The notes under the pieces: model-generated | The model's input: the letters and a program-made list of their open reading frames with translations, nothing else | What the model was told of the DNA's origin: nothing | Databases searched by the model: none | NCBI GenBank assembly: GCA_002104945.1 | Contig: MCFH01000030.1 | Location: forward strand, 372,001-436,000 | Direction: 5' to 3' | DNA from: Piromyces finnis finn | Taxonomy: Eukaryota > Fungi > Neocallimastigomycota | DNA length: 64,000 nucleotides | In this document: positions 26,518 through 42,905 of the stretch, in pieces | Numbering within the stretch: the first letter of the stretch is position 1 | Layout: each line of letters opens with the position of its first letter | Made by a program: the position numbers and the translations under genes

Positions 26518-29500
26518 ATGATTTCAAATCATCTTATGAAGTAAACATTATAATTATGAATTAAATTATAAAGAAGAGGGGAGAAAGATTTCTAACTTAT
26601 TTTATATATCTGCATTATTCTTTTTTCATTAAATCAAAACAACTATATAATAACAAGCATTTCAGACATTAAAAAAAGCCAAAAAGAGTTTGAGCAGATG
26701 ATAGAGGAAGAAACAACAGAGTTGGAATTTATGGAACAAAATTTGAATAAAACAAAAGAATTAACAGAAAAAATGGTAAATAGATAAAAAATAATAATTA
26801 TTATTTACATAGAACTATAAAATCATTACTCTTTTGATATAATAAATTGAAAAAGAATAAAGATATATTTATCAAATATATATCTATTTTAATTCGAAGA
26901 TAAATATGCTAGCTTCTTTTGACAAAAGACTTGAAGAATTTGAAAGCACAGTCATACCAATACATCGTTCAACTCAAAAAATAACTCGTTTATATGATAG
27001 TATATATATATATATTATTTTTTTAAATTATAGTTATATTCCAATATAACTTTCATAACTTTCTTTTTCTTCTTTATTCATTAATAATTAAAAAATATTA
27101 TTAAATAAAATATAGATATTGATTCAGCATTGACCAATGTTAATTCATATATATCGTATTATGATTTAGCTAATGAAATTGAAGGTCTTATAAGTTATGG
27201 GTAATATTTAAATATAAATATATTTACAATTTTTAATTATGAGTATTCAATTAATATTATAATAAAAGTCCAAGTGAACATAATTTAAATGAGTATTTAG
27301 ATACTATCAAAAAACTAAGAGAAGCATATAAATATGTTTCAGAAACCCCATTTGAAAGTTTTGAAAAGACAAGTATTAAAATGGTATTTAATATTTCATA
27401 TTTTTTTAACGTATGAAATATTTCATGATCTAAATATATAGTATATTTTTATAACCTTGATAGGGAAGGATTTTAAAAGAGGGCATTGAAAAATTAGATA
27501 GTCTATTTAAAAACTGGTTAAATAATGTCAGTAGTTCAATAGATTCAGCAGAACTAGAAAATGGTAATATATTTAATTTAATTTTATATCTTATTAACAA
27601 CATATATTAATATATATATTTAAAATTAATAATGATTTTAATAAAATAGAAAATCAAATGTTAAAGATAAACAAAATTCAAGATGATTTGAAGATGTTAT
27701 CAGAATATTTATATACATGTAAAGATAAAACAAATGAAAACTCAAAATTCTTTGAAATATATGTTGATGTTCGCTCAGGATATTTATTAAAATATGTTCA
27801 AGACATTCATAAGAAAACAAAGGATCAAGTATTGACACAATATCAACCAGGTTCAACAAAATATATTGATTATACAAGAGATATATTGAAAATAATAAAG
27901 GTAAAAATAATTTTATTGAAATGTATAATACATGAATCTTATTAAATAGAAATAAACTATTTTAATTTTTAATAATAATTAAATATATTTTAATTGAATA
28001 TTAATATAATTATAATTGTACAGAAAGAAAAGGAGTTTTCAAAAAAATGTTTAGTGAATAGTTGTGTTGTTGAAGGATATTCAAAAGCTCTAACTCCGAT
28101 GATAGATCAATATATTGATGTTGGTGAAAATATTATTCAGCAAGTCAATAAAAACATGATTAAAAAAAACATCACCGATATATTTGTTATATTTGATATA
28201 TTTTGTGTTTTTCATGAGCAATATGAATTATTTAAAGAAAATGTTAGTGTATGTATCAAAAATTTCAATTTTATTAAAAAAATTATTAAACAACTAAAAA
28301 TAAGGCTAAAGAATGAAAGTGAATGTGAATTTAATAAAAAAAATTATAATTATAATATATTAGGGAACACCTGAACTTGAGGAGAAATTAAACAAAGTTA
28401 CTGATCACATTGTTAATTGTGCTATCATATTCTTTAAAAGTGTATATGAAAATATTAAGGTACATAAAAATTATTTTTTATTTTTGAAAAATAATATAAT
28501 AATTAATTTTTAATGTAATTAATCCATTTTTATATTTAATAATAAGAACGATACTTCAAAAACATTGTCAATTGATGGAACAGTATATGAATTAACTAGT
28601 AATGTAGGTCTTTTAATTTTATTATGTTTTATAAAATATGAGATATGTGAGATAATATTTAAAATAAATATTTGCTAAATTATACTTTAATTAATAATAA
28701 TATATAGATTATAAATTGTTTAAAAAGGTTTATTGATTACAAAAAACCAATAGAAACTATGTTAATTGAAATTCAAAATGGGATTTTGAAGATTAATAAT
28801 GAATCTTTATCTTCACAACCAGTATTAAAAGAAGGACCACAGGCTTATTATAGTAACTTAAAAATCTTATAAATTGATTAATATTTATAATTTATAGTTA
28901 TATATGGTATTATTAAGTAATTAAATAATTAATTATTTTAATATTTAATATATAATTAATTAGATAATATAATAGACACATTAATATCGATGCTTGAAAC
29001 CAAATCTCATGGATACAAAAAAGAAACTCTTGCTAAAATATTTTTAATTAATAATTATAATTATATTTTGAAAAACATTCAAAATACTAAACTTTCTGAA
29101 ATGATTGGTGGTGATATTGGATCAAAATTTAATAAATTGATTAAAACACAAATAAATCTATATATGGAATGTTGGAATAATTGTGTTATTAGTTTAATGG
29201 ATGTTACATATGTTCAAGATGGTTCTATTAAAACAACCTTATCAAAAAGCCAAAAACAAAATATTAAAGAATGTTTTAAGGTAAAATAGTAGTTATAATA
29301 AAATAAAACAATAATAATATAAATATATCCTTTTAAATTGTATATATAATAAAGATTTTTTTAATAAATTATAAATTCTTTGTAATTATTAGAATTTCAA
29401 TAATAAATTTGATGAAATTTATAAAGTACAAAAAGTATATTCTATACCTGATACTGAATTAAGAAATCAAATATTAAGTGAAATTAAACAAATTATAATA

Positions 29501-29746
29501 CCTATGTATGGTAGATTTTATAAAAAGTAAGATTATATTTTCTTTTAAATATATATTGTCAGATTCAAAATTTAGAGGGTAATTATTAAAGTTTTTATTT
29601 TTATTTTTTTATTCTTTAATTTTTTAAACTTATGCAAAAGATACCAAAATATTGAATTTACAAAGAATCCTTCTAAGTATATTCAATGGACTACTGAGAA
29701 TATTGGTGATGCGTTAGACATTTTATTTAGTACATCTACAGATTAG
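26518..29746 (+). CDS. EXO70: Exocyst subunit Exo70, multi-exon; start codon in a short first exon is tentative
   Basis: KTKELTEKM..MLASFDKRLEEFESTVIPIH, SIDGTVYELTSN, LAKIFLINNYNYI, KQNIKECFK..FNNKFDEIYKVQ, FTKNPSKYI..LF at the C-terminus. Confidence 0.9.
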
Positions 29747-30536
29747 AAAAATAATTAATAATAATATTAAATTAATATCTGTATCAAATTTAAATAATGT
29801 GATATAAAATAATAAAAAAACCTGTGTATAAAAGGAATATGAAATCAAAAATAATTAAAAAATTATAACATATATAATATATTAATAAAAAAAAGAAACA
29901 AATATTATTATATTACATTATATACAATATAACAATTGATAAATATTTTCTACAGAACACTTTTGGGTAATAAAAGTGTTTGAAAAATTTAATGGATTAA
30001 CCACTTTAATTAATTCAGATTATCATTTATATATTTTATAATTATTCAAACTTTATACTTTTAAATTATGATTGGTTATAATGCAAGATAAATTTAATTT
30101 TTATGTACCATATTACAAAATATGTATAAATTTATATGGTTATTTATATTTATTAAATTTTTTTTTAGAATTTAAAATTTATCGTAAAATTTATGGTAAT
30201 AATAATTAAAAAAATATAAATAGTTATTCATTTTTGATTTTTTATAAATATAAAAATCGTAAATTAATTTTTAACCATATATACTTTATTTATCAAAGCA
30301 ATTGATAATATTAAAAGATATTTATTAAGACTATATAAATATTTATATTTTTATATAGTTTTTGTTATATCTTTTGAGTTATAAAATTAATTTTGTTTAT
30401 AGATATATAGAAAAAAAAGACATTCGAAATTAGTTTTCAAATTAATATTTTAATTCTTCTACTTAAAATTACAATTTCTATTACATTATTAAATGCAATA
30501 TTATTGATAAAATAAAGAAAAGATAACATCAGCAAA

Positions 30537-33500
30537 ATGTCTGTAATAGAAATCCCATTGAAAAATTCAGAAGAAGTGTTGGAAGTTTCACTTTCCGATT
30601 TACATGAAAATTCAAATGAAATTCTCAACATTTTAAATCAGGAAGAGGCACCTCTTGCTTTATATTTGAACTTTGCAGTACATATTGGAGATTGGCATTT
30701 AATAATCAACAATATAATTAATACTTAAACAAATAAATATATATTTATTAAAAAAATATTTTTTTATATTATTATTAAGCTTGAATATTATAAACGTAGT
30801 ATGTTTAATGAATTTGAGATTTTTTTACAACAAGGATCAAAAGCAGCTTTAGGTAAATGTCAGAAATATTTGAAAACAATTTTATGAAATATTATACATA
30901 TTACAGGAAAATATTTTCGATAAAAATCTTCATTTTAAATATATTTAATAAAATAGAAATTTCTAAATTATAAAAAATTTTTAATAAATGAATAATACAA
31001 ATATAAACAAAAGATGAAGTAAAATTATAATAAAAACATTGAAAATTAAAAATTTTAAAATTCTTCCATCCCCATATTATAATATATAATTAAAAAAAAG
31101 AAAGATAAACATATTTCAGGAATTTTAAAGTTTATATATATATTTATTCATAATATAATTTTATTATGAAAAAAATAATATTTTTTTTCTTTTAATTAAT
31201 ACAAAGTTAAATTAAATAAGTATATAAAATAATATATATTTATAACTAAATATTGTTATACATATTTTTTATTCCGATATAAATTTAAAATATATTACTT
31301 TAAATTAATAAAAGCTACTCCTGACCAACAAAAACAGCATTTATTAATTTTGAATTGTTTAGCTTCTTATCAGATTAAAAAAGCAAAACAAATTAAATTA
31401 AATGATCCAAATTCACAACAAGATAAAAAATATTTATTTGAAGCTGCTACTTCACTTTTTAATGCAGCTGATAAAATTGATATCCGTGAAACAACTTCTT
31501 GGATTGGAAAAGGTTTGCTTTATATACAAGATTGGTTTATAAATAATTAAATAACTTATAATTATTTAATATATCTGTTTTGTTAATACGATTTATTTAA
31601 TTTTTATTAATATTCTATCATAAAAAATACTTTTTACAGGTATTTTACTATTGACTAAAGGTCAGATTGATAAAGCTAATAATATTTTTAAGGCTATTGT
31701 AGATACTCCAGAAAACGCAAACAATATTCCAGCATTATTAGGAAAGGTATAAAAGTTTCTAGTAGAATAATTTATTAAAACATTATTATCAATATAAAGT
31801 AAAATTAAAAAATAAAATAAAATTGTAATATATTTTTTAAATATATTATATTATAATAAGGCTTGTATTTCATTTTATAACAAAGATTATAAAGGTGCTT
31901 TAGCAAGTTATCAAAGAATTTTGAAATATGCACCTGATTTTAAGCCAAATGTAAGAATTCCTATTGGTTTGTGCTTTTATGCCTTAGGAAATACACAAAT
32001 GGCAAGAAAAGCATTTGAACGTGTATTAAATATGGTAAATAAAGCTTAATAATTTAAATAATGAAGAAGATAATTATCAAGAAATTCTATAACCATATTA
32101 AATAAATATGAAATATTGTTACTGTATAATATTTTTAAAATGAAACTCTTGAAAAGGAACCAGATAATGTAGATGCATTAATTTATTTAAGTATACTTGA
32201 CTTAAATCAAGCAAAAGAAGTTAAAGATGAAACATTCCTTGAAAATATTAGTAAAGGTCGTGAGAAACTTAAAAAGGCATACAAAGCTAATTATACAAAT
32301 CCAGTTGTTGCACTTCAACTAGCTGATTATTGCTTTAATAAAAAGGAATATGAAAAAGTAATATAGTAATAAAAGTAACAAGTATAATAAATAATAAACT
32401 TTTTTCAAAAATAAAAATACAATATAATTATATATTAATAACGCAATGATGATATATTGAATAGGTTAAACTTCTTGCTAATATAGCATATACAAATACA
32501 AATGTTGCAGCATTACAAGCTTTAGCCTATTATAATATTGGTCGTGTTCATCAAGTTAATGTAAAGTATCATTATTAAAAAGTAAATATTTCTCCTCAGT
32601 TTTATATTAAAAAATAATATTTACTATAATTTATATAAAAATAGAAAAATTATGATAAAGCTTATAAAGCATATGCACAAGCTATTCGACTTGATCAAAG
32701 TAATGTCTTAGCACAATTTGGAATGGGTCAAATGCATCTTTTCAAAAGTAAAATATTAATTATAAAATAAAGATAATATAAAATAAAGATGCATAATTCA
32801 TTTATAATTTATGTATTTATTTTTGTAAATAGATGAAATCTCTTCAGCATGTGAATGTTTCGAAAAAGTTTTAGTTACAGATCCAAATAATTATGATGTA
32901 TTGAAGGTAAGAATGTTATTTCTTATTTATTTTAAAAATATATATAATAAACATATATTATATATCTTTATATATATTAATAATAATAACAATGAATCGA
33001 TTAATAAATATCGTAATAATTATTAAGATTCTTGGTTGCTTATACTCTAAACTTAATTATCAAAAAGCAATGGATTATTATGATAGAATATCAAGAATTC
33101 CAAAGTCAAAAAATGATGAATTAAATGAAAGCAATGATTATGAAGTTTGGATTGATAAAGCAAAATTACTTGAACAAAATGATCCTAAGGCTGCGTTAAA
33201 AGGTATATAATTATATTTAAAAATAAATTAAAATAAGTAAAATATAAGCTATAGAATTAAATAAATTATTGTTTTAAATTATAATTAAAACAATTATATT
33301 GCTATTTATAATATTATGTTTAGCATATTATAAGGCTGCAGAAATTCTTGAAAGTTCAAATGAACGTGTTCCACCTGAATTATGGAACAACATTGCTGTT
33401 CTCTATCATTTAGAAGGTGATTTAGGAATGGCTGAACAAATGTATCAAAAGGCTTATTCTGAATGTTCAGAAAAAATGAATTTATCAGAAGTTGATAAAG

Positions 33501-36005
33501 AATATTATGATGGTTTAGATACATCTATATCATATAATGTTAGTCGTTTATATGAAACTCAAAGAGAACCAAGTAAAGCAAGTGTTATTTATAATAAAAT
33601 CATCAAAAATCATAGTCGCTATCTTGATGGTAAATTATTAGAATGGTTTAATTTTAATATCATATTTATTAATACAAAAGTGTATTATCAAATAATATTC
33701 AAAACAAAGTGTTCTATTTCTGTATTAACAAAACTTATTATAATACAACCATTTTATAATATTTCAGCATACTTACGTTTAGGTGCTATTGAAGTTGATC
33801 AAGGTAATTACGATAAGGGCATTGAATATTATAAAAAGGTACTAGAATTCGATCCTAAGAATGTTGATGCTTATTCATTAAAGGGATATGCATATTCATT
33901 AATGGAACAAATAAGGGCTAGTAGAAAGACATATGAAAAGATTTTGAAGGATATAGATCGTTATGATTTATATGCCTTATGTGCTGTAGGTAATATTTAT
34001 TTAATTGCCGGAAGAAGTGATCAAACAAAACAAGGTGTAAGTAAAATTTAATATTTATATAATACTTTTTTTTTTTTGTATAGATTATTAATAAAATATA
34101 TAAAAATTTATCAATTATTGCAATCAAACAGAAAGAAACATATTATAAACGTGCTGTAGAATTATTTGATAAAGCATTAAGACTAGATAACCAAAATGTT
34201 TATGCAGCCAATGGTATTGCTATTGCATTAGCTGAGCGAGGATATACTGATGTTGCTAAAAACTTATTTATTCAGGTAAATAAATTAATTTCTAATTATC
34301 TAAATTTATTATTATAAAATGTATTTCTAAATTTTTTTTTTTTAACTAATTATTTAATATATTATTAATTAATAGATTAGAGAAGTTAAGAGTAGTGTGG
34401 AAGCAATCTGGATTAATTTAGGACATATATATACTGAACTTGGACAATATCAAAGCGCTATAAATAATGTAATTATTATTTTATTAAGAAATAATAAAAA
34501 AAACAAACATAAAAAATAATAATAATAAATTGCTAATTATTTTTATATTTAAATAAATATACAAACATATATTAGTATGAAAATTGTTTAAAGAAATTAA
34601 ATAATATTTCTGACATTGGATATATATATCAATGTTTAGCAAAAGCTTACTTTGGTCAAGCAAGAACAGAAAAAAAAGTTGAATATATGAATAAAGCAGA
34701 AAATTTCTTACAAAAGGTTAAACAAAAATAATTTAAAAAATTTTCAAATGAAGAAATAAATATATATATAAATTGGAAATTAAAAAAAAAAAATTAATAA
34801 TAAGTATACTAATTATATATATTAATATATTATATATATAGGCATTATTTATAAAACCAAGAGATAGAGCATTACAATTTGATCTTGCTTTAATTAAGCA
34901 AGAATTTGCTCAATTAGTTATTGATCAACAACCAGAAGCTAGAACTATTGAAAATCTCAAGAAGGCCTTGAATGGACTTAATATATCTAAAAAATACTTT
35001 GCTGCATTAAAAGATGTTAAAAACCAACCTGTTAATTATGATGTTAATATTGCTAGTAGACGTGAAGAACATAATGAAACTGTAAGAAAGGCTGTAATTC
35101 AGAAATTAGAAGAACAAGAAAAAATTGAAAAGAAAAAGAAAGAAAGAATGGATAACATAAAATTACAAAGACAAAAAGAATTAAAAGAAAGAGAATTAAA
35201 GAAGGTAAATCTCATAAATCATGTTTATAATGGTATATTTTAATGGTTTTAAATAAAAAAAAAATACAAGTAAAATATTAAAATGGAATATTTATTATAA
35301 TAATATAGGAAGAAGAATTAAGAAAAGCTATTGAAGAAGAAAAGCGCATTGAACGCCAAAGAGAAGAATTAGCTTTACGTCTTGTAGGCATATTATTAAC
35401 TATAATTTCATTAATTTTTTATTATTTATTTATAAAATTATTCATGTATTATAATAGGAAAAGGAAAGAGAAGAGGAAATTATGATAGAAGAACAATTAA
35501 AAGAAAAGAAGAAAGCAGCAGCTTCAAAATCAAAAAGTCATAACAAAGATTTTATTGATGATGACGAAGAAGGTAATATGGATTACGAGGATAGTGATGA
35601 AGATAGAAAAATGTAAGTATAAAATACAATTAATATTTAAATTGATCGTCAGCATAAGATTTATATTTAAATTTAATTAAAAAAAAAAAATTTTACGTTG
35701 ATAGAAAAAAAAAGAGAAAGAGAAATAAGAGAAAGCATGATATTAGAGATGATGAAAGTGACAATGATGAAGATAAGAAAAATAAGTCAGATAAAGAAGA
35801 TGATCTTAATTTTGATGGTGGTGATAGTGATGATGATGAAGATATTAGATCAACAAAGAAAAGAAAGAAGTATTCATTATCAAAAGACACTATTAGTGAT
35901 GAAGACGACGACGACGATGATGAAATTATTGCAGGAAATAAATCAAGTAATTCCAGCAGAAATAGAATTATTAATGATGAAGATGATAACTATGATGAAG
36001 AATAA
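30537..36005 (+). CDS. CTR9: PAF1 complex TPR subunit Ctr9, multi-exon
   Basis: N-terminus IEIPLKNSEEVLEV..ILNQEEAPL..A|LEYYK; many TPR exons (VPPELWNNIAVLYH, NVYAANGIAIALAERG, IWINLGHIY); acidic/basic tail ending at TAA 36003-36005. Confidence 0.92.
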
Positions 36006-36465
36006 ATCAATTAGTTATTACAAAATAACTATTTTTAAATTATTTTCATATAATATATATATTTTTTGTTTTTTATTTAACAACCTTAGTAATTTTAATT
36101 ATTATAAAAGTAAAATTCAAAATATTTTAAGCATAATGTTTTTCTAATAGTATAATATTATTAATATATTTTGTATTTCCAATTATTTAATTATACAAAA
36201 TACAAATAATATATTAAATTAAACAAAATAAATAATAAATAGAGAATAATTAATTTACAAAATATTTCAATAACAATAATGATAATAAAACACTAGATTA
36301 TTTTATTAAATTTATTCCATTTGCTATACACTTCAATGACTTTTATCTTTTTAACATTTTAAATTTTAATTTATTATTATTATTATTATTTTTTTTTTAA
36401 TTTTTGATAAATATATTTCAGTGTTATTTTTTTTAAAAAATATATATTAAATTATTTATATAAAA

Positions 36466-37498
36466 TTAATGACGTTGTTGAAGCATCTGTTGTTGTTGCT
36501 GTTGTCTGTGTTGACTACTTTGTTTACTACCAATTCTTTTCTTTATATAAGCTCTTACTTTAATATGACCTTCCATTGTAACTACTAGCATACGTTTTTT
36601 AACATTACTCCATTTAACAACATTATATTGTTTGGCATAATTTAATACCTCTTGGAAATCTTCAGCACGAGCAAATTCGTGATATAAATAACCCTTTTCA
36701 TCTTTTAATCTATTTCTTTCCATTTCCCATAATCGTATTTGATCTACTACAGTTAATGGCAAAATTGGCATCTAATTTTCAGTATTCATATTTAGAATTA
36801 AATTTTTTTTTTAATACATAAAACTATTTATATTCAATAAATAACTTTAAAAATAAGTAAATTACTTACATTCTTTTTCATTTCTGGATGTGCATGTGTT
36901 CTTAAATACGTAATAATCTAAATCATAAATTATTAAATTTATTTTCCATATATATTAAGTATTTAAATTCATTATATTAATTTGTTTTTTAATATATATA
37001 ATCATTACTTGATCTGCTGTAATGCCATGATTTAATGCACTTCTAATACTGTCACGTGTAATCATTCCAACAACCATATTTGCAAATCTTGCTTTTAAAA
37101 CAACAAACAAATTTAATACTGAGATTTGTAAAGGAGAATCAGTATAAGCATAAATTCTTGAGTTTGTTTCAAGAATAATAAATCCAGAATCTTCAGTTGA
37201 TGGTTTAGATATTAACATGGATCCTGATGTTAAAGAAGTTGCTAATCTTGTAGGGTAAAATCTTTTTGAACCACGCTAATATAAATAAAATAAAAATAAT
37301 GATTAATTCATTAATTATTAAATATATTATATAATATTTTACTAATATTTTACACTACCTTTCTTTGGTATATAATGCCTAAATGTTTTAAATCATTGAG
37401 CATCTGTTGTTGAGTTGGGGTTAGTGATTCTACTGAATAATCCTAAATTTATAAAATTAATTTAATTTTAAATACCCATTTAATTTTTTTATCTCTCT

Positions 37499-37542
<44 letters not shown>

Positions 37543-37900
37543 CTTATATTATTTTTTCTTACTGCTCCAAGTTGTAAACTTCCAAGTTGGAAAAGAAAAT
37601 TTAAGACTTCAACTAAATCCATTTTCAAATCCTTTTTAATATAGAATTTTAATATATATTCAAAGATTAATAAATAAGAACTATAATTTTATATTTACAT
37701 CAACCATATTTAAATATTGGATTAAAAAGGCCCAGACTTGGGTATTAACATCTTGAAGTAAAAACTGAAAACCTTTGTTTGTAATCTGTAATTCATTTAT
37801 ATCGACCTTAGTGAATACAGAAAATTCATCTTTTACATCATCATCTCTATTTTTATTAAATACAAATAAAATATTAATAATATATACTATATGTACATAG

Positions 37901-37931
<31 letters not shown>

Positions 37932-38948
37932 TACACACTTTTTTGCCATAAGGCCAGAACGCTCTAGTAATTTTAATACCGCGGGTGATGGCTTCTTCCG
38001 TATATTTGCACCAACCATATAATGAAGAACAGCCTTATATATTAAATTAATAATTTGTGTCATTAATTAATAAATAATAACTCATATAGCAGTATTTTAT
38101 TTTTATGATGATTTTACCTCCCATTGCTCTGTTCCATGTTTATCCAAAAAATCAATATCTACTTTATGTTTATCAATTGAAGTACTTGTTGAACCAAAAC
38201 TAGTATGATTACCGCTATTTACATTTCAATACAAATGATATATAGTTTATCATTAATAATAAAAATATTTATATAATAGGCATTTTAAAATATATGAACC
38301 TTCCAATAAGCGCATTATTTAAATTTTCTTGAAAAACTTTACTCATTCGAATTTCATCATTTTCATTTTTTGTACATATATGTAATTTATATAAACGTTG
38401 AAGGCTATCATCAACTTTACTATATAAAATTTAAATTTTTATTATTATTTTATTAAAATCATTTTTATAAATTATATATATATTTTTTTTTGTATCGAAA
38501 TTTGAAATTTGAATTATTACTCTGTATACTGTTCATAACACCATCCTTTTATATGTTCTAATGGAACATCTTTCTTAATATATAAAAGACGCATTATAAA
38601 TTGCTTTGCTAGATCAGGTAATAATCTATTATAATTTATATATTAATAACAATAAAAATTATATGTCATTATTTTATTAAATAGATATTATAAAAGCTTT
38701 AATAATATTAATTTTTAAAACTTGAAAATTATACCTAAATATTGCTAAACATGTTGCTGGTTGTGTGTATAAACGCTGAAATTCTCTATCTGATAGTTTT
38801 TCTAAAAAAACTGAAACATCACCCTTATTGTATATATGTTAGTTCTGTTATCATTTAGATATTATATATAATCAAAAATTATAAAAATAATTACTTGTAT
38901 TGATTCTGATGCTGTATTATTAATTGTTGAATTAGCACTATATAACAT
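36466..38948 (-). CDS. TFB2: TFIIH subunit Tfb2/p52, multi-exon
   Basis: [103 protein letters not shown]; Q-rich tail. Confidence 0.94.
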
Positions 38949-39425
38949 TGTCTCCTTTAATAAATGGAAAGAAAAAAAAAAAAAAAATTATTAACATATA
39001 TATATATAACGTTAATTAAAGAATTTAATTTTACGATTATTATCTTAATGTAATAAAAAAAGTTTAATAATTTAACAAGATGAAAAATTAAAAACTTTAT
39101 TAATTTTTACTTTTGTTTTCAATTTTATTTTATGTTATAATTCATTGATATTTATTTATATAATATTTATGATAATATCTTTTCGAGATTTTTATTAAGA
39201 AAAATATGTCTGTCAATTTCAATATATATGGTATAAAAGATAATTTTAAAATTTACAATTTTTAATTTTTAAATTGTTTAATCAGTGTATTATAATTTTA
39301 TCCAATAATAATTTAGTATTAATTAGAATTATTTTTTTTAAAAAAAAAAAAATTATATCATTTTATTTTCTAATAAATATATTATTTATTAAATTTTATT
39401 TTTTAAAAATAATGTAATAAGAAAC

Positions 39426-41081
39426 ATGGCTTCAAATAATATTAAATTTACTTACAAAAGGAAAGTTAATGCATATCCAAATTTGTCCACAAAAAAAATT
39501 AGAATAGTAAATGATTCTAGAAATGAAAAACTTGAAGAAAATGAAATTAATATTTTTAATCTTAAATCTAAAATAATAAATAAAAAGCAAAATTCCAATA
39601 ACATCTCCACATATTTTAATAGAATAACTCCAAAAACAAATAATACTGAATCAGTTGAAATTCAAAATAATACAATAATAAGAAAGAAAAAAACCATAGA
39701 ATCATATTTCCAATTAAATTATAGTACAAAAAAAGAAGAAAATAAAAACCAAAGAAAATTAATTAAAATTGAAAATAATACTAGTATGTTAAAAAAATAT
39801 ATATAAATATATGTTTTATTATTAACGTATAAATTAATTTATTTTAATATAATGAAACATTAAGAAAATAATTTGCTTAATAAGAATAAAAAATTACAAA
39901 AAAAGAATTATGAACAATTATATATAAATTTTGGTCAAACGGGAATTTCTCCAATAATATGTTCAGATTGCGGTATGCCATTTAATCCTAGTATTCGAGA
40001 AGATGATATTCAACATAAAAATTATCATAATATAATTATAGATGGGCTTGAATACAATGTAATATATATATGATGTAATTCTAAAATCTTTAATATTATT
40101 ATTGATTATAATTGAAAATTGACAATATTTAATAAAAACGATATGATTACTAAAGGAATATAAGACGGATAAAATAGTTAAAACTATCTCAAAAAATACA
40201 TACATAAGTGAGGTTGTAATGTCTGAGGCAACATCGAATCATAAGAAAAAGGTAATAATTTATGAAAATATAAATTAAATAATGATATAATAATGGAATT
40301 ATTAACAAGCATAATTGTAAATATAGTTACAGCAAATTCTAAATCTTGTTGAAACAGAGCTAGGAGCTGTACAGTTACAAGAAGAATTTATGACGAAATA
40401 TAAATTTTTTCTTTATATAAAAAACAGGAAATTAATCGGGTGTGCAATTGTTAGGGATGTATTAAAAGGATATAAAATCGAAATAGAAAAGGATATAAAA
40501 GAGTTTTCTACTATTGAGAATATAAATAAAAAGTAATTCTTTAACGATATTTAAATGCATTGAATATAGTGATATTTTTTTTAACTTATATTTATTATTA
40601 TAATAATTACTATTATATTATTATTACTATTATTATTGAACATTTTTGTAGTAAAATTTCCACTGTGCCTACATTATGTGGTATTAGTAGAATTTGGGTA
40701 TCAAAAAGAGAACGAAAAAAAGGAATAGCATCACAATTATTAGAAAGTATTAGGTAATTAATTGTATTATTATTATTATTAATTAATTAATTAATTAAAA
40801 TAAAAATGAAACCTTCTTTTTAAATATTTTAAATATATATAATGCTTTATATTAATTGTAATATTCTATATTAATATTAATATATTAATTAAATATATAT
40901 ATAAAGAAAAAGCTTTTTATTTAACATAACACTTGAACGTAATCAAATAGCATTTTCACAACCTACGGAATTAGGAACAAAACTTGCTTATCATTTCTTT
41001 AATTATACCAATGATGAAACTGATATCATCACTATACCTTCAAAACCATATATAATTATTTATATGGACGATGATAACTAA
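39426..41081 (+). CDS. ECO1: Cohesin acetyltransferase Eco1/ESCO, multi-exon
   Basis: PIP-like QLYINFGQ; zinc finger CSDCGM..EDDIQHKNYH; CGISRIWVSKRERKKGIASQLL; IAFSQPTELG. Confidence 0.92.
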
Positions 41082-41083
41082 AA

Positions 41084-41085
<2 letters not shown>

Positions 41086-41149
<64 letters not shown>
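41086..41149. repeat. (AAT)n microsatellite just after the ECO1 stop
   Basis: Seen directly in the sequence. Confidence 0.95.
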
Positions 41150-41355
41150 TTTCTATTTACTCTTATTTGTTTAATAATAAACAAGATTCATAAAGATTTA
41201 TTACATATGCTTTCAATAATCAGTATTTATTTATTATACTATTATTTTATTTATTTATTTTTTATTTTTTTGTAATTTTTATTTGATCTTTTTTAAGGAT
41301 ATAATATTGTATATTAACAAATATTTACTTTGGGAATAAAAATCTTTTATTTAAT

Positions 41356-41387
<32 letters not shown>

Positions 41388-41599
41388 CGTTTTATTTATT
41401 ATTGCTATTGTTAATATATTATTAACATTGCTTAAATATAATATTTTTTTTTTTTTTTTTTTTTTTTTTTGTTTTAATTTTTTAATTTTTCTTTTTTAAT
41501 TGAAATATTTATAATTTTAAATTTTATTATCAAAATTAAAGCATTATTTAAAATTATTACATTATATTTTAATTAATACAATTATTAAATTTATTTGCT

Positions 41600-42873
41600 T
41601 TAAGCTTTTTCTTTATTATCAGAAGTAGTGGCTTCTGCTTTATCCTTATCAGCTTCATTATTTGTGTTTTCTGTCTTTGGTTCATCTTCATTGTTTTCAA
41701 CTTTCTTTAACATGATTTTATTATCAATTAATTCATGTAATGCGATAATGGATCGTATTAATGAAGAAATATATATAGCAAAAAGTTCATCATTAGTTTT
41801 TATGTTGAATGACTTAACAAGTTGTGGAACATCTAAGTTTGGTAAAGCGTTGAAAATATCTTGTAAATTATAAATAATTTGATGATTGACTGGAAGTTTA
41901 CCAGAAACAACCTTTTGTAAATAATCTCTAATATTTTCTAAACGAAGTTGTAAACTACGAAGTGAATTTAATTGGTTAGTAATTTTAGTTGATAAATTTC
42001 CAACATTGTTATCTTTAATATCTCTTAATAAATGCTCGACACCAATTTCTTCAGCTTCTTCGGCTTCAATTGTTGATGGAACATGAATAAATGTTTTTGT
42101 AGTTTCAGTACCATCCTAAAATTTAGTTAAATATTATAGAAAAGTTATAATAATAAAATAAATACGTTTTTATATTAAATTATATATTTAGTAAATTTAT
42201 AATAATAATAATAATAATATATTTATTAATATGAATTTAAACTATTAAATTATCATTACATCATGAACTTCTTCAACGGCAAAATAAGCTTCAGTTGGAA
42301 TTTCTAAATCTTTTGGTTTAACATCAATTACAACTAATACTGGTTTTGGAATAAATTTTTTGAATAATTCATTAATTTCTAAATCAGACGCACGAAGCTT
42401 TGGACCACTATGATACCAACCAACAACTTTTTCCTTAGCTTTTTTATGTAATTTAAATTGTTTAATAAAATAAGGGTTTATGTATTAATTAAAATGTTTC
42501 AATATTTTTCAATTAAATTATATGATTTAAATTTATTTTTATTATTAACAGAGTATTTACCAGTAACTTTCTTAAACATTTCATACATTGATTCATGATA
42601 ATTATGATCTAAATACCAAACAGATGGATCCTTTTCATCTTCTTCAAATGGAACTATTATATATTTTTTTATATTAATTATTGAACAATAAATATTTTAT
42701 TAAATGAAATTTAAAATATATATATATTATATATAAATTAATTATAACAGTTAATAATAATAATATAATATGCAATAAAAATAAAGAGCGTATATTAAAA
42801 AATATTGTGAAATTATAAAATAGTAATAAATAAATTATAGAATTGAAAATTAATGATATTATTAATTTTAATT

Positions 42874-42905
<32 letters not shown>

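Noticed and set aside
41628-41873. Plus-strand 81-aa ORF
   Set aside because: Antisense to the last RPN8 exon.
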